Assembly (NCBI GenBank): GCA_963575745.1
Contig: CAUYUJ010000152.1
Location: 62,001 to 117,556, forward strand
Direction of reading: 5' to 3'
Length of the DNA: 55,556 bases
From: Prorocentrum cordatum
Lineage: Eukaryota
Positions within the stretch are counted from its first letter, which is position 1. Each line of letters begins with the position of its first letter. The notes beneath the pieces were generated by a model. That model ran no database searches and was not told where the DNA came from. It saw only the letters and a list, made by a program, of their open reading frames with translations. Shown here piece by piece: positions 42,881-55,556 of the stretch. The position numbers were made by a program, and so were the translations under genes.

Positions 42881-43916
42881 GCGTGTAGCCGAGGGGCCCT
42901 GACGGCGACAGTGTTCGGAGTAATGCGCTCTCTCCTTTCCTCTCTTCCCTCTCCTCTCCTCTCCTCTCCTCTCCTCTGACCTCCTCCTGCTCCTCCTCTT
43001 TCTTCCCTCCTCCTCTTCCCCCTGCTTTTGCTCCTCCTCCTCTTCCTCCCTCTTTCATCCCTCCTCCTCCGCCTCCTCCTCCTCCTCCTCCTCCTCCTCC
43101 TCCTCCTCCCCATTCCTCTTCCTCCTCCTAAGCCTCCTCGTCCTCCTGCGGGAGGAAGGAGATGGGGCACAGAGGACGGGGGAGGGGCAAGGAGGACAAG
43201 GCGTACCTCTCTCCTTGTGACCTCGTATGTGTACCTTCAACCTACGAGCTATTATCCCCTGAGCGCTGGCGGAGGGCAGAGGGGGTCGAGGGCATCGGGG
43301 ATTGCTCGAACCTGCCCGCAGCTTCAGCGCAAGGAAGATCAATATCGAAATTCAGGTTCGAGGAAGACGCTTGTGGCTCTCTCGGGAACGTTCTGGAGGC
43401 CCGCGGAAGCTTCGAACAAACCTCCATTGGGCGCGCATTAACGGGGGGGCGAAAACTGGGGGAAAGACAGGTGCTCTTTTCGGGCCTCAAGGGCCTCCTC
43501 GGGGGTCCTAAATGGCCCCTTGGGGCCCCCCTTCATCGCCCCCCCCCCCCCCCCCCCTTACGCGCCCCCCAACTCCAGAGACCTCCAGAGACCTCCAGAA
43601 CTCGCCAAAGGACGTCGTCGTCGCCTCGAGGAGCCGGGCTTTTCAACATTTTGGCCCCTCGAGGGCCTCTGGAGACCGCTGGCCCCTCCCGCCTCCTCAA
43701 AGCACAAGGGGAGGGAACGAGGGACTAGGGAGGTGGGGGGCGGGATGTTAATGGAGGAGGGATGCGGCGGCGGAAGGGGAGGGGGAGGGGAGGGAGGGGT
43801 GCGGAGGAGGAGGGGGGGAGGAGGAGAGGAGGAGAGGAGGAAGGGAGGAGGGGGGGGTGGGGTGAGGAGGAGAGGAGAAGAGGAATAAGAGGAGGAGGCA
43901 GGAGGAGGAGGGGGAT

Positions 43917-44026
<110 letters not shown>

Positions 44027-44183
44027 CGAATGGTCACTCCGCCCAGCGCGCGGCCGCAGCCGCGCCCGCGGGGGGCCTGGACTCCACCTGAGGAGCCCAG
44101 GACCCCCCGACCGCGAGGTCGATGAGGACGACCCCTCAGACCACGACGGCCAACGCGCCGTCGGGCACCACGAACACGAACGG

Positions 44184-44852
44184 CTACCCCGTCTCGCCGC
44201 GCTGGGCCAGCATCTGCTCCAAATGGCCGACCATGGCGTGCAGCTCGACCGGGCCGAGCGACGGGGTCCGCTCGGTGGGCAGGCCCAGGCGCCCAGCCAG
44301 GCCAGCAGCGCGCCAACGGAGCTCCACCACCTCGGAGCTCGCACCCCTGGTCTTGTCCTTGCCTGCGCCGCCCTTGGCCTTGCTCTTGTCCACGCCCTTG
44401 CCCAGGCCCGCGTCGCCCGCAGGGCGGCCGCGCCTCCGCACCAGCGGCAGCTCGTCCGCCCACTCGTCGGACTCCATCGGCTCGGCGACGACGATGGCCC
44501 CCGCGCCCACCACCGCCTCAGCCGCCCCACCACCCGGGGCCTTCTCCTCCACGACTCCGTGCATCTCGTCCTGCACTTCCACCTCTTTCGGGCCGCCGCG
44601 GCCGCGCGGGCGACGGCGCCGGGCCGGCGCCACCGGGGGGCCCACGTCGTCCGTCGAGGCGGGGGGGGCAGGCTGCATGCCGAGATCGGCGATCGCCGTG
44701 CGGATGAGCCCCTCCGCCGCCCGCAGGAGGCGCGCCGACGCGCGCTGACCTCCTGCGGCGGCCAAGCCCGCTGCCGCGTGAACTGCCATCAAGGCCCCTC
44801 GCGAGGCCTCCAGCGGCGCCGCGGCGCGGTCGCACTTCGTCGTACCCGGCAT
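44184..44852 (-). CDS. Ala/Gly-rich ORF (222 aa), probable retroelement ORF1-like or retrocopy
   Basis: ATG 33 nt after an SL-like 16-mer. Amphipathic N-terminus AVHAAAGL...ARLLRAAEGLIRTAIADL. Lies between (CCT)n and (TC)n tracts. Function not recognisable. Confidence 0.45.
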   Translation of the reverse strand: MPGTTKCDRAAAPLEASRGALMAVHAAAGLAAAGGQRASARLLRAAEGLIRTAIADLGMQPAPPASTDDVGPPVAPARRRRPRGRGGPKEVEVQDEMHGVVEEKAPGGGAAEAVVGAGAIVVAEPMESDEWADELPLVRRRGRPAGDAGLGKGVDKSKAKGGAGKDKTRGASSEVVELRWRAAGLAGRLGLPTERTPSLGPVELHAMVGHLEQMLAQRGETG

Positions 44853-45079
44853 CGGAGCGGCGGCGGCGGACCAGCGAGCACACGACCTGAGCCAAGACGG
44901 TACTAGGAGGAGGAGGAGGAGGAGGGGGAGAGGGAGGAGGAGGAGGAGGAGGAGGAGGAGGAGGAGGAGGGAAAGGAGGTGGAGGGAAAGGAGGTGGAGG
45001 AGGAGGAGGAAGAGGAGCATGATGAGGGACAGGAGGAAAAAGAGGAAGAGGAGGAGGAGGAGGAGAAGGAGGAAGAGGA

Positions 45080-45770
45080 GGACCACTGTAAACCCAAGAG
45101 TCATCAACGATGTTGGAATGAATTCTCCCTCCTCCAAGCTCCCTCTTCATAGGCCCCTACTACGGTTCATTTCCACTGAGGGGAACTGCCTCGTCGGAAA
45201 AGAACCGTTTGAAGACTCTGAAACATGCCAAAACATTGTTCTCGGGATTCCAACGCAACAGATCAACTTGACTGTTGCATCTGGACGATCATGCATCGTA
45301 CCAGAACGCCATTCCTGGGACTGCAACACCACGAATCAACGTAACTGTTGCGCCCTCACAATCCGGAATCGTTTCAAAACGCCAGTTCTGATACGTTGAT
45401 CATGGGAATCCACGAAACCGTTGCACATGTTATGAACGACTGTGCGCGGCGCTAATGCGAGAACCTCATTTTGAAAACCATCCGCCCTCAATCACTGAAA
45501 CTGTTGCAAATTTGCAAAGCGAATCTGCGCGGCGTTAAAGCGAGAACCACACTTTGAAAATCATCCGCCATCAATCCGTGAAGCTCTTGCAAATTCTTCA
45601 AACGAATGTGCGCGGCGCCAAGGCGAGAGCCACATTTTGAAAACCAACCGCCCTCCATCTGCGAAGCGGTTGCCAATGTTCCAACTTCAGGGTCATAAAT
45701 GGTGAAGAAATCTCGGGCGAAACGCCCAGCCCGCCCTAAAAACTGGCCGCGGGGTGCGACAGGGGGAAGG
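45080..45770 (-). repeat. dispersed repeat family A, copy 2 (subrepeat x3)
   Basis: Inverted homolog of 2492-3090, followed by the same CCTGTCCCTCATCATGCTCC-containing CCT tail. Confidence 0.9.
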
Positions 45771-46199
45771 TATTTAGAAGAAGAAGGAATGGAGGAGGAG
45801 GAAAAGGAGGAGGATGAGGCGGAGGGGGGATGCCAGCAGGATTCCAACAGGACCTCGTGATGGTGAATGGCTCTGGGAGTTTCACGCCAAACGCCCAGAA
45901 CGGCACCGTCCAAGCTAACCTCGAGTGAAATTAGGTCGGTGCCCAACAAAAAACCAAAGCCGCGTTCGAGGAGCGGGAACCCGCACAAAAGCGCCCTCGA
46001 AGGTCGACCCGAAAAAAACTGCTTCAATCCGAAGAACCCGAGGACACAGACTGGTGATCAGAACGCTCCTCGGCCGCCGCTTCGAGGCGCTGGGCGTTTT
46101 TCACTGCAGTCAGCGCATGGGTTTCCGCCAGCCTGACGTTTGGGGGCTGGGCGGCTTCGGACCAAACGACGCCTGGGCTCATGTGGCGCCTCGTCGGCG

Positions 46200-48271
46200 G
46201 CGGTCCCTAAACAGTGACTCGTCGTGCGTTACTGCTGCGGGTCCGCCGCATCCTGGAAACAGAAAGCGTCCGATGCGTGCAAGGTTCTCCTTCCCCTTCT
46301 TCGAAGGCGAAGAAGGCGGGCAGACAGCAAATGGCGCGGGTCCACCACTGCTTCGCGGCCGCATCGGGCACAGAAGACAAGCGAGTGCCTTGGCCAGAAC
46401 TGCGGCGCATGCGACGGATGAAGTTCCTTCCCCCCAACCCGAACTCCCGACCCCGCCGCCCGAGCCCCATCAACAGTTTCGCGCAAAGCCACTTCTCAAC
46501 CTGCGGGGAGCCCGCACTCCGTGGTACATGCCGTCTTGATCGCAGACTTGGGTATCATCGTGTGACGAGTGCTGCAAAATAACTTCTTCGAGCCATGCAA
46601 GACGAATGAATGCTGGCTGGCTAAAGTCATATCGGCCACCGCGACCCTGCTCCGACGCTCAGCGGACACTGGTTCGCGCGCTCGCACTCTGTCAGATCGA
46701 GTCTCGGCCAGCGCTGCAACAATTTGCCCGCCAATGTACAAACCGCCTTTGACACTCTGACACATACATTGAACAACTATTGCCTTTGTTCCGTGGCTAC
46801 TGGGTGAGGGCCGGCTCCAGCCTTCGCTGCTTTGTCAGCGGAGTCATTGCCTAGCCTACGGCATCTCTCTTGGGGTTATATGTTGACCTCGTTGGGGTCG
46901 AGGTGGGCCTGGACTTTGTAAACCTTTTGAAATACGTTGTGAACCTTGCTGAAACAAGATCATGGAACCAGCGTGGGGGCGCTTATAGGAAAACTGGGGC
47001 TCCCTTGGGGCCTGGGCGTGGTCGATAACGCTTTTACAATCGCTATACACCGAGGGCGGGCCTGTAACTTCTATTCCAGCTCTCGCCATTGCGGTGAATT
47101 CTCCGCGCAGTAGCGTCTGCGGGAAAGGAGCGAAAATAGGTGCGTGAATAGTGCGCTGCACTGTCCCGCCCTCGTCGACCAGACGAAGACCATGCCTGGC
47201 CCTCGAAAGTTCCGAGACAGGATGTTTAAGACAGCGCCTAAGGCGCCTATCCGCAAATATTGAACCGCAGAAACTGCCATCATCAGGGGTGGGAGCGTTC
47301 CAAACAACCTTCGCCTCGAAATCTTGGGACCGAGCCTGGGGCCGAGGGAAAACGTCGCCAGGGTGCAGGAAAACTCCCCTACAAAACAGGCGCTCGGTCA
47401 AGGGGTCCGACGGTTCAGCTGCGGCAGCGGCGTCGATGATGTATTGATCGACCAGGTCGCCTCTGGGCTCATCGTGGCATGGACACTCCCGGTGCCTGTG
47501 AAACTGCGCATCTGACGCCTGGCCGCATTGATCGCAACCATCGTTGTCTAGGACGTAGCCGGCTTGGACGGCGCAGCCTTTTCGTCCGCGGACCGTCGCG
47601 ACGCAGACTGCGAATCCTTCCTTTCTCCACCGGCGACCAGCGTTTCGATCGAAAATGTCCTTTTTTATGATGCCAAAACACAATCGATCGCAAAGGAGGC
47701 TAAGATTGTCGCTGGAGTCTCGCTCAAGCTGACGGAAGACCGCGTCGCGGAGCAGTGTCTTGAGTAACGCTGGTGCCACCGATGTTAGTTGGATGGTTTC
47801 ACCGAAGTCCGAGACAAGGGTCGCGAAATCCGACATGCTCCGGCCTATCCTAGCAACAGGCAAACGCGGCCGTTAAGGGCCCACTGATGTTTCTCCACTT
47901 GGGCATCGGCCCTCGAAAGGCCTCGCTCCGAAACTGCCTCACGGTGGGAAGGGGGAGGGTATGAAGGTACGCGCGGGCATGGGCGGCCCAAACCTCTTTG
48001 CTATATCTGACACTGGGGGCAACAGAACCGATCCAGGCGGGGTCGTCCTGGACAAGAAGGGTGCAAGTAAGGGATCTGCCCCCGCGCGGGGCCTCAAAAC
48101 TCTCCCCGCTTCGCGACTAAGTTTCGCGAGCTCAGAATCCGAAATGCCATGCACTTCGGCTCCGTAAAGAATTCCTGGCAGCGCTCCCGAGTGCGATACC
48201 CAGTGGTTGCAAAAAACTTGGGTCTGTCCTCGGATCGGAGGCCCCCACTTGGTCCACAGGGGACCTGGAGC
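46200..48271 (-). pseudogene. 5'-truncated, frameshifted RNase H-bearing LINE (post-RT, Zn finger, RNase H, C-terminal Zn finger)
   Basis: GALPGILYGAEVHG...RVLRPR (parallels GAQAAGTYGHQIHG...AVAPR of the intact ORF2); CDQCG..DAQFHRHREC; IFAD, PQTLLRGEF, VYSDC, GNDSADKAAK (~46850); FCARCG. Confidence 0.88.
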
Positions 48272-48292
48272 CTTGAGCCAAAATGGCCACGG
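48272..48292 (-). other. relict dinoflagellate spliced leader
   Basis: CCGTGGCCATTTTGGCTCAAG versus DinoSL (D)CCGTAGCCATTTTGGCTCAAG, 20/21. Not followed by a GT SL-RNA intron start. Confidence 0.9.
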
Positions 48293-49199
48293 GGGAGGAG
48301 TAGGATCAGGAGCGTGATGAGGGACAGGAGGAGGAGGAGGAGCATGATGAGGGACAATAGGAGGAGGAGGAGGAGGAGGGGGAGGAGGAGGTGGAGGTGG
48401 AGGATGGATGGATGGACTCGGCATTGCGCTGTGAGTCTGAAGACACCCACCCCACGAGCTCACGAAACGAGAGATCGCTCGGGGACACCTCTGAGCAGTC
48501 GTGCGATCTCCTCGGACCGAACGAGGTCAGGCGTGTGGGCGCGCCGTGCAGCTGTGATCACCTTTGATCAGAGCCGAGCAGGACAGGAAACAGGAAGACG
48601 CCCGCGGGCGGGGGGTGCAACCCCTCTGGCCTCTGGGGGCCGAGCTCGACGGCGCGGAGGGCACCGAGCAGGCCCCCTGGACACCCAGAGGCCCCGGGAA
48701 GGAAAACAACCAAGCCGAAAGAGCCGACGGCGCGCCCTAGAGACCAGGGGCGGCGAGAGCGACTAGAGGGGCCTGGTGCTACAGCGAAGCTACTGGAGGG
48801 ACTCACGACGTCAGGTAGTGTGCTGGTCGCCCATCTCTTTCCGTAGGATCCGCCATCCATGTCAGCCCTTCTGGCCGTAGTGGATCTGGCGGTTCTTGTC
48901 TAGCAGTTTCTGGGCCATCGATTCCAGGTGGCCCAGAGGGGCCGTCCCCATCTTCTGGCGGCCGCCCAGAACGTCGAGGCATGTCTCCCGAGGGCCGTCC
49001 GGGTTGACGCTCTTCAGTGTGATCTGGTCCGCGTTAGCGAACTGCATCCTGGTGTACTGGTCGTTGTGGCGCGTGCGCAGCCTGAGGTGGAGCAGAGCTC
49101 CGAGCCCGTCCCCATGCAAACGAACTGCTGGTAGAAGGTGCGCGGGAGCACGTGCCCCTGCGGGGCCTCCTGCTCCACGGAGGCCGACGGGTACTTGAA

Positions 49200-50388
49200 C
49201 TCGGCGTGAGCGATGTACAAGTGTGGTGAGTTGGGGCTTCGCCTCGGGGACCTGCTCCGCTTCTGCGTACATCTTGCCCGCTTCCCGAGCTGCGACGATC
49301 GAAGTAGCCGTGGGCGGGGTCGCGATGCTGATCCATTCCGAGGCCGCGAGGTCCCTGAGCTGCTGGGCGCGCTGGCGCGCCATCTTGGGGAGGAACGTGG
49401 CCGCCTGCTGCAGGTCGCGCGACTTCAGGGCGCCCTCCAGACGAAGCATGATCGTGTCGTAGTCCCAGGTGTGCAGCGCGTGGGCCTCGAAAATGTCGCC
49501 CGCGTAGACAGAGCGGTGGTCTCGATCGTACAATGTGTTGAGGCGGCGTCCTGCTCCGATGGGGGCCTTGCACTTGCGCGGGGCGTGGAGGAAGTCGATC
49601 CTGCGTGACCGTCCGTGCGCCCCGATGAAGGTGTCCCCGCTGACAAAGAAGGTGTCGTGGTCCGAGAGGAACCGTTGCCAAAGACGTCCAGAAAGGCCTT
49701 CCAGCTCCAGGAAGGGGCCCACGGCGCTGTCGACCTCGCTCCACAAGTCGGGCTCGAGCAGGGACGGGGGGCCGAGAAACGTCTCGTCCACGGAGTCGCC
49801 GAGCTGAGGTCCGCCCCGCTGATGGGCGCGCGTCGACTGCCCACAGACTCCAGCGTGGTGCGTGCCCACGAGATCATAGCCTGGGTCACCTGGCGGTATG
49901 AGTTGCGGCTGGAGCAGGACTCGGATGGCACGGAAAGGTGCCGAACCATGAGGAGCACGTCCGAGGAGCGGCACTGTCGCGCCGCAGCGGCCCGAGAGCG
50001 CCGCGGGCGGAGGGTAGATCCGACGTAGGTGTGCCTGCGGAAACCGCTGATGTAGGAAGCTGCTCCCCCCGCAACTCTTGTTGGTCCAGCCGAAGGAGAG
50101 CTCCCAGTGGTAGTCGTGCTGAAAGAGGCTGTGGCGGCCGACCAGTGTCGGGCGGCGGCTCGTCCCAGGGAAGAGGATCACGCCCATGTAGTGCTCGCAG
50201 ATGATCTCCTGCGCGCGGGTGCTGCCCGTCAGGTAGAGAGGGTTGTACACGTAGAGCCTGGTGTGCTGAGCAGGTTGCGGCTCTCGCTCCTGAGTGCGTC
50301 CAGGGGCGCGGCAAGCGCCTGTCGACATGTAGGCGGCCGCCCGCGGCGAGAAGCCGACGGCCGCGAGCAAGAGGAGAGCCTCCATCAT
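49200..50388 (-). pseudogene. LINE AP-endonuclease domain (5' part of an element; RT missing)
   Basis: RLYVYNP, VILFPGT, NKSCG, SGRCGA, TFIG...RRIDF, DRDHRSV in ORF 48862-50388. Some catalytic motifs eroded. Confidence 0.7.
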
Positions 50389-50620
50389 GGGCCTCTTGGG
50401 TCCCGCGGGCGCGTGGGCATCGCGCGCTGCTCCCCTGGCGGGCGATGAAACAGGGTGGGAGGGCCGCGTGTTCCTCGACCTTCAGCCGTGACGGCGGCTG
50501 GAGGTGGAGGAGGAGGAGGAGCGCGAGGAAGAGGAGGAGGAGGAGGAGGAGGAGGAGGAGGAGGAGGAGGAGGAGGAGGAGGAGGAGGAGGAGGAGGGAG
50601 GGCCGAGGACATGGGGAGGA

Positions 50621-50683
50621 CAAGCGGCATGAACATGAACTTTCGGAGGTCCGCGCGGATCTCCCGGATCGGCGCTGGACCCC
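50621..50683 (+). repeat. 63-bp dispersed repeat family D (second copy 51202-51264; related sequence at ~16992-17031)
   Basis: CAAGCGGCATG.ACATGAACTTTCG.AG.TCCGCGCGGATCTC.CGGATCGGCGCTGGACCCC. Confidence 0.9.
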
Positions 50684-52736
50684 TGCCCTCGGCACACGGA
50701 GCGCACCAGGGACGGCGCCAGGGGCGCCGCCAAGGGGTGGGCCCCCCTGCGGATCTGTTTCTGCCATGTGCTTTTCTCTTCCGAGGCGCACCACAGGGAG
50801 GGGGGAAGCGAAGATAGAGGCGCACAGAAGGCAGGAGGCAATGCGGCGGGATGGCAGATGGAGCACACTCAAGACACTCAGACTCTGGAGCAGCTTGGGC
50901 TCGCGGAGGGGGCTCCTGGGGCCACTCTGCGGCCGCCCCTCTGGCGCTCCTCGTGCAACCGAATGCTCCCAGGGCCCAACGATGGATCGATAACGCCGAG
51001 TCTGTACGACACATCGGCTGCAGAATTGCCGTCGGTTGGAGGCCTATGTCCAGTCCAGAGCACAACAAGTAAAGACAGCTCAGGAAAATAGCGTCCCGGC
51101 TGGCGATTATCTTCCACACGTGCGGGTTACAGCGTTCATCATTTGCGCCATTGAGACACATCGCTCTCCTGAGCAGTCGTTCCTTATTCAGAGGGGAAAA
51201 GCAAGCGGCATGCACATGAACTTTCGTAGCTCCGCGCGGATCTCTCGGATCGGCGCTGGACCCCATGGCGCACTCCGCGCGCCAGGGAGGGGGGGCCGAT
51301 GCAGATCTAGCAAATCCTCGCGGACTGCTAACAGTTTATGCTTCCGTCGTAAATAGTCTCTGCATCCAACGATTGCCATGGTAGTACGATCGGCAAGAAC
51401 ATGAGACCCTCCACCGGCCAAAACACGCCAAGCCATAAGATCACTCGAGGGTACCCCCCCGGATGCACAAGAGCATCCAACAAACACGAAGAGCATTAGG
51501 ATACCCTCCCCGAACCGACCTCGATCTTATACCTCGGTCCGACCGTAGCTTGACTGCATGGGGAGGGGGGGGAGGGGGAAAGCTCCTCCCCCGTCCCCGT
51601 GCGCCGACTGGAGGCAGAGCTGGATAGGCGTCTCTTCATTCCGAGTTTCGACATTTGGCCGAAGGATGGGGGAGGCGGGGGGGGGTCTGGGTCTGGGCCG
51701 GTGCTCAGTCGATCTGCTTCCACCAGCCGCGCCAGCGGATTGGAGAGAAGGTGTCCTGACCAGTCAGCAAAACAGCCAGAATCTGGTCTATGGAGGGGGT
51801 GGGGAGGGGGGAGGCCAAGGGCCCACGCCGATGTGCGAATCAATAGATAAACAACAACGGCGACAAGGAAGATCCGCGCAACGACGTCTTTTTTCTCGAG
51901 CTGCCGCCCGCGGCCCGGCCGCCGGATAGAGAGCACGCCCGTGAGCACAGCCTGCTCAGACAACGGCTCCACGTGTGGTCTGAACAGACAGATTTCGGAG
52001 GCGAGCAAGGGGGCGAAAAGGAGAAGGGGCGGGCCTTTTCATGGGCTCGGAAACCCCCTGGCCTTCTGAGAAATTTTCTAAGCCTTCCACGGAGACGCAG
52101 AACACCTCTCAGAAGTCACGAGGATTTCTGAGAAGTCCCGCCGCCTTTTGAGAAGGCCTTTTCCTTCTCACTTCCCCCTCTCGTTCGCCGCCGAAAATTG
52201 GAGCTCAAAACAATTTCCCTGCCCAGCGCCGTCGGTCCGAAGTCGAGGGCGACGTCCCTAACCCCCATCCTGCTCCCCGTCTTTGACGCCCGTCCCTCGC
52301 CTCCTCCTCCTCCTCCTTCTCCCTCTTTCTTAGAAACAACTCCTCCGTGTAGCACCACCAAACGCGTCCTTAGGGCGGGCTGGGCGTTTCGCCTGATATT
52401 TCCTGACAACTTACTCTTCCGTAGCCTTTGATTTCCAACAGCCGCACATATGGATCATCCACCATTTTCATAATGTGGCACTTCCATGATTGGCAAGCGC
52501 ATGTGCCGCAACCAAGTCCATCAACTTTACGTATGGAGGGGTGGTCGTTGTCAAAACGTGGCTCTCGCCCCAACGGCACGCACATTCGTTTCAAGCAGTT
52601 CCGCCAACCGTTTCACGGATGGATGGCTGGGTTTCCAGACTGATGATCTCGCCCTGGTGAAGCGCGTACTGTCTTCAAGCAGTGTACAATTGCTCGGATG
52701 AAGGCGGGTACGTTCTTGACATGTAGTTCTCGTATG

Positions 52737-52903
52737 TGAAGGGGCCCTGGGACACACAAATAAATACACACACACACACATAGAAATGTTCCCCATATTT
52801 TCACATATTTTCTGGGTTTTTGTTTTCCCGCCCAATTCCCATATTTTCCCATATTTTCCTTGGAATCGACGATTCATTGTGTCTGTGTTTTTTCCCCTCC
52901 TGA
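52737..52903. mobile_element. 167-bp element M3, copy 2, 5-bp TSD GTATG
   Basis: GTATG|TGAAGGGG...CCCCTCCTGA|GTATG, homologous to 37526-37689. Left-truncated third copy ends at 53235. Confidence 0.85.
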
Positions 52904-54261
52904 GTATGGGACTTCCTCAACACGTAAACGGGAGGGGGTATGGACCCTCCAAGACAAGCCATTTCAGACGCCCCCTCGTGAGAGAACCCTCGAAAACATT
53001 GTCCCCAGACCCCCCCAGGCCCTCCAAGATAGCCTGGAAGAGACCCCCCCCGAAATGAGACCCCCCTCCCTTTATTACGAAATCTGGAGTACGTTCTTGA
53101 CATGTAGTTCTCCCTGGAATCCCAATTCCCGCCCCATTCCCATATTTTCCTGTCTTCCCGCCCAATTCCTATATTTTCCCATATTTTCCCTGGAATCGAC
53201 GATTCATTGTGTCTGCGTGTTTCTTCCCCTCCTGAGTACGGCAGGTTCGTGTCGTGTCGACCCCAGCGTTGGTTTTTGACACCGCGGGGATCGTTCAACC
53301 TTGAACGATCGGCCGCTGCCGCAACGTCCGATCGTTCAACATCGATCGATTCTGGGTCGCCAGCGGCGTTCAACCTTGAACGCCCGCGCTGGGGTCGCCG
53401 CTGGTCGACACGACGCAAACCTACCGTACGGGACTCCCTCCACACGTGAACTGGTGCCACAGTGGCACGGACGGAGGGCGGGCTCTCTTTCTTCAAAAAG
53501 GGGGCTCTCGCCCGAGGTCGTGAGATCTTGCGACCAGAATGAAGCTCGTCCTCGCTCGTCCTCCTCGCCAAGGATTGCAAAAAAACCAAGGATTGCAATC
53601 CTTGTTTTTTTTGCAATCCTTCGTTTTTTTTGCAACCCTCCTCCTTCCCTTCGCGGCCGTCCTCCTTCTCCTCCTCCCGTCCTCCCTCCCCCTCCACTTC
53701 CTCGTCGTCCACTCCCTCCCCCGTCCCCCCTCGTCATCTGCTCTTCCTTCTCCTCCTCCTTCTCACCTTCCCGTCTCGTCCTCTTCGTCCCCCTTCTCGA
53801 CCAAGGCGCCGCTGATGCAAGGGAACCAGAACAAAACGGCGACAGGAATCTGTCGCCGGGCGAGCTGGGCAATACCGACCCCAGGACGAAGCCTGTAAGC
53901 CTGGGCGCCGGACCCAGGGGACCTTCGCCACAGCCGGTGTCCGCCGAGGAGCATAGGCGGAGGTGCGGCGGGAGGAGGGGCGCGGGGGAAGGGAAGGGGG
54001 AGGGGCGGAGAGGAGGATGGGGTCAAGGAGGAACAGATGACGGTGGGGAGCAAGAGGGGGAGGAGAAGAAGGGCGAGGGGAGAGTGGGAAGGTGGCCTGG
54101 AGCTGGGATGCGCATGTCTTCGCCACCGTGCTCCTTGGCACACCGAGGCGTGCTGCTGCATGCAAATGAGAGACCTCCCTCGACTAGTGGAGTGCCGCGT
54201 GCACCCCCCCCTCACGAGGCCACGCTCCCTTGTAAGCAACAGTGGGACAGCGCTAGCATCA

Positions 54262-54400
54262 GGTCGGGCATGTCCCCCTACAGAGGATTTTGGACGAAAA
54301 AAATACCCCCACAAATCATCAAAAATGATGAAAAATAGTCCCCGTACTTTTTTTTTTGCCAATTTTTGAATATTCCCCCTGTAGAGGGTCAGGCCCGACT
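54262..54400. mobile_element. MITE family M1, copy 2
   Basis: GGTCGGGCATGTCCCCTACAG...CTGTAGAGGGTCAGGCCCGAC. Shares internal GGATTTTGGACGAAA and TTTTGAATA with copy 1. Confidence 0.75.
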
Positions 54401-54509
54401 TACTGCTACCGGCGCCACGATCCCTCGCAGAACAAAACAAAATTGGGTCCGCGCTCCCGCGCTTCGAAGGCGGCCTGGGCAGGAACCACGGCCGTCAGGA
54501 AGGCCCGAA

Positions 54510-54980
54510 GTGCATCCAAGACGGCCCAAGATGGCTCCAAGGCAGCCCAACGGGACCTCAAGACGGCCCGGTCTGCTTCCAAGAGGGCCACAAGACGACT
54601 CCCAACCATGTCCGAAGAAGCCAAGTTACGGTTTCATGCGGTTTTCGCGTTCTATTGTTTTTCTTGGCATCCGTCAACTCCGAACGGCTCAAGAAGCCTC
54701 CAAGATGGCCTCGAGAAGCCCCCAAAGCGCCCAACATGAAACCATGACGACCCCAGAAACCTCCAAAACGGCCCCAAGACGGCCCAAGAAGGCCTCTGGA
54801 CAGATCCAAGACGGCCTTCGAAGGCCCTTCGACGGCGCCAAGACGGCCCCATGACGGCACCACGACCCCCCGAAGACGGCCGAAGAGGGCCTCAAGGCGG
54901 CCCAGAATGGCCCCACCACGGCCCCAAGGGACCCCCAATACTGCCCCACAGGAGCCCCAGGCAGCCCCAAGACGCCCCAA
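54510..54980 (+). repeat. CCAAGACGGCC degenerate satellite
   Basis: Same core as 28385-28890. Confidence 0.8.
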
Positions 54981-55556
54981 ATGAACTCCATGAGAGCTCT
55001 TTAAGAAACGAGGACGAGAAATGTCACATGTGACGGCCTCTCTCTCCTCGTCTTCCTGCCCCTCCTCTTCCTCCTCCTCATCGTCATCACCATCTTCCCT
55101 CAATGTGCTCATCGCAACTCTCCCAAACCTATAGAAACGAGGTGTCGTGTATGACGGCCTTCCGTGCCCCCTCGAACACTCGTCATCCAGAATGCTCGGC
55201 TGGCACGGTACCGGGAGTTGCCGCTAGCAACTGGGTCTTCATGGATGCGTGTATGAACACGTATACATACTTGTCAATGTATGCGTACACACATGTTTCT
55301 GTGTACGGTTGCCACTGTGAACCCAACGTCATGATAACGTATTGCAGTGCGGACCCTGGAGGTGTAAGCTATGTGGTGCAACCTATGCGGCGCAACACCT
55401 TGCGAAGACATCGCCAACTCTTCTGCTCGTGAACATACCACCCTCCCATCCTCTACTTGTTGGCAACACTCGTGCAGACCGTGAATGCAGTTGCCCATCG
55501 GAACTTGCTCGGGGATGTTAGGCTGCGCAGTGGCGCGCGGACCCTGGTTATGCAGA

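Noticed and set aside
48250..48292. Functional SL RNA gene
   Set aside because: The leader is followed by GCTCC and LINE coding sequence, not a GT-initiated SL intron.
50940..51200. Copia-type RNase H remnant (CRTDSALSIHRWALG)
   Set aside because: One weak motif with no supporting neighbours.

Overview
This is repeat-saturated eukaryotic DNA with no recognisable host protein-coding, rRNA or tRNA gene. A 20/21 match to the dinoflagellate spliced leader (SL) points to a dinoflagellate genome (inference). Most ORFs in the track are microsatellite translations. The main object is an apparently full-length, minus-strand non-LTR retrotransposon (LINE) at 17718-24808, flanked on both sides by (TCC)n. 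Its ORF1 (Cys pairs, probable coiled coil) is in frame with ORF2 (AP endonuclease, reverse transcriptase, Zn finger, RNase H, Zn finger), separated by a single TGA in a TGA-CTA readthrough context. ORF2 is broken only by two A-rich inserts (190 and 170 bp), each bounded by short direct repeats, and exact removal of both restores the frame. SL or SL-like sequence marks the 5' junction of four separate retro-elements, each directly after a (CCT)n tract. One SL is fused to the middle of a LINE ORF2. Two small non-autonomous element families with 5-bp target-site duplications (TSDs) and T...GA ends are confirmed by empty sites inside the window. There are also several decayed LINEs, dispersed repeats, large (GTA)n fields and a 100-N gap.
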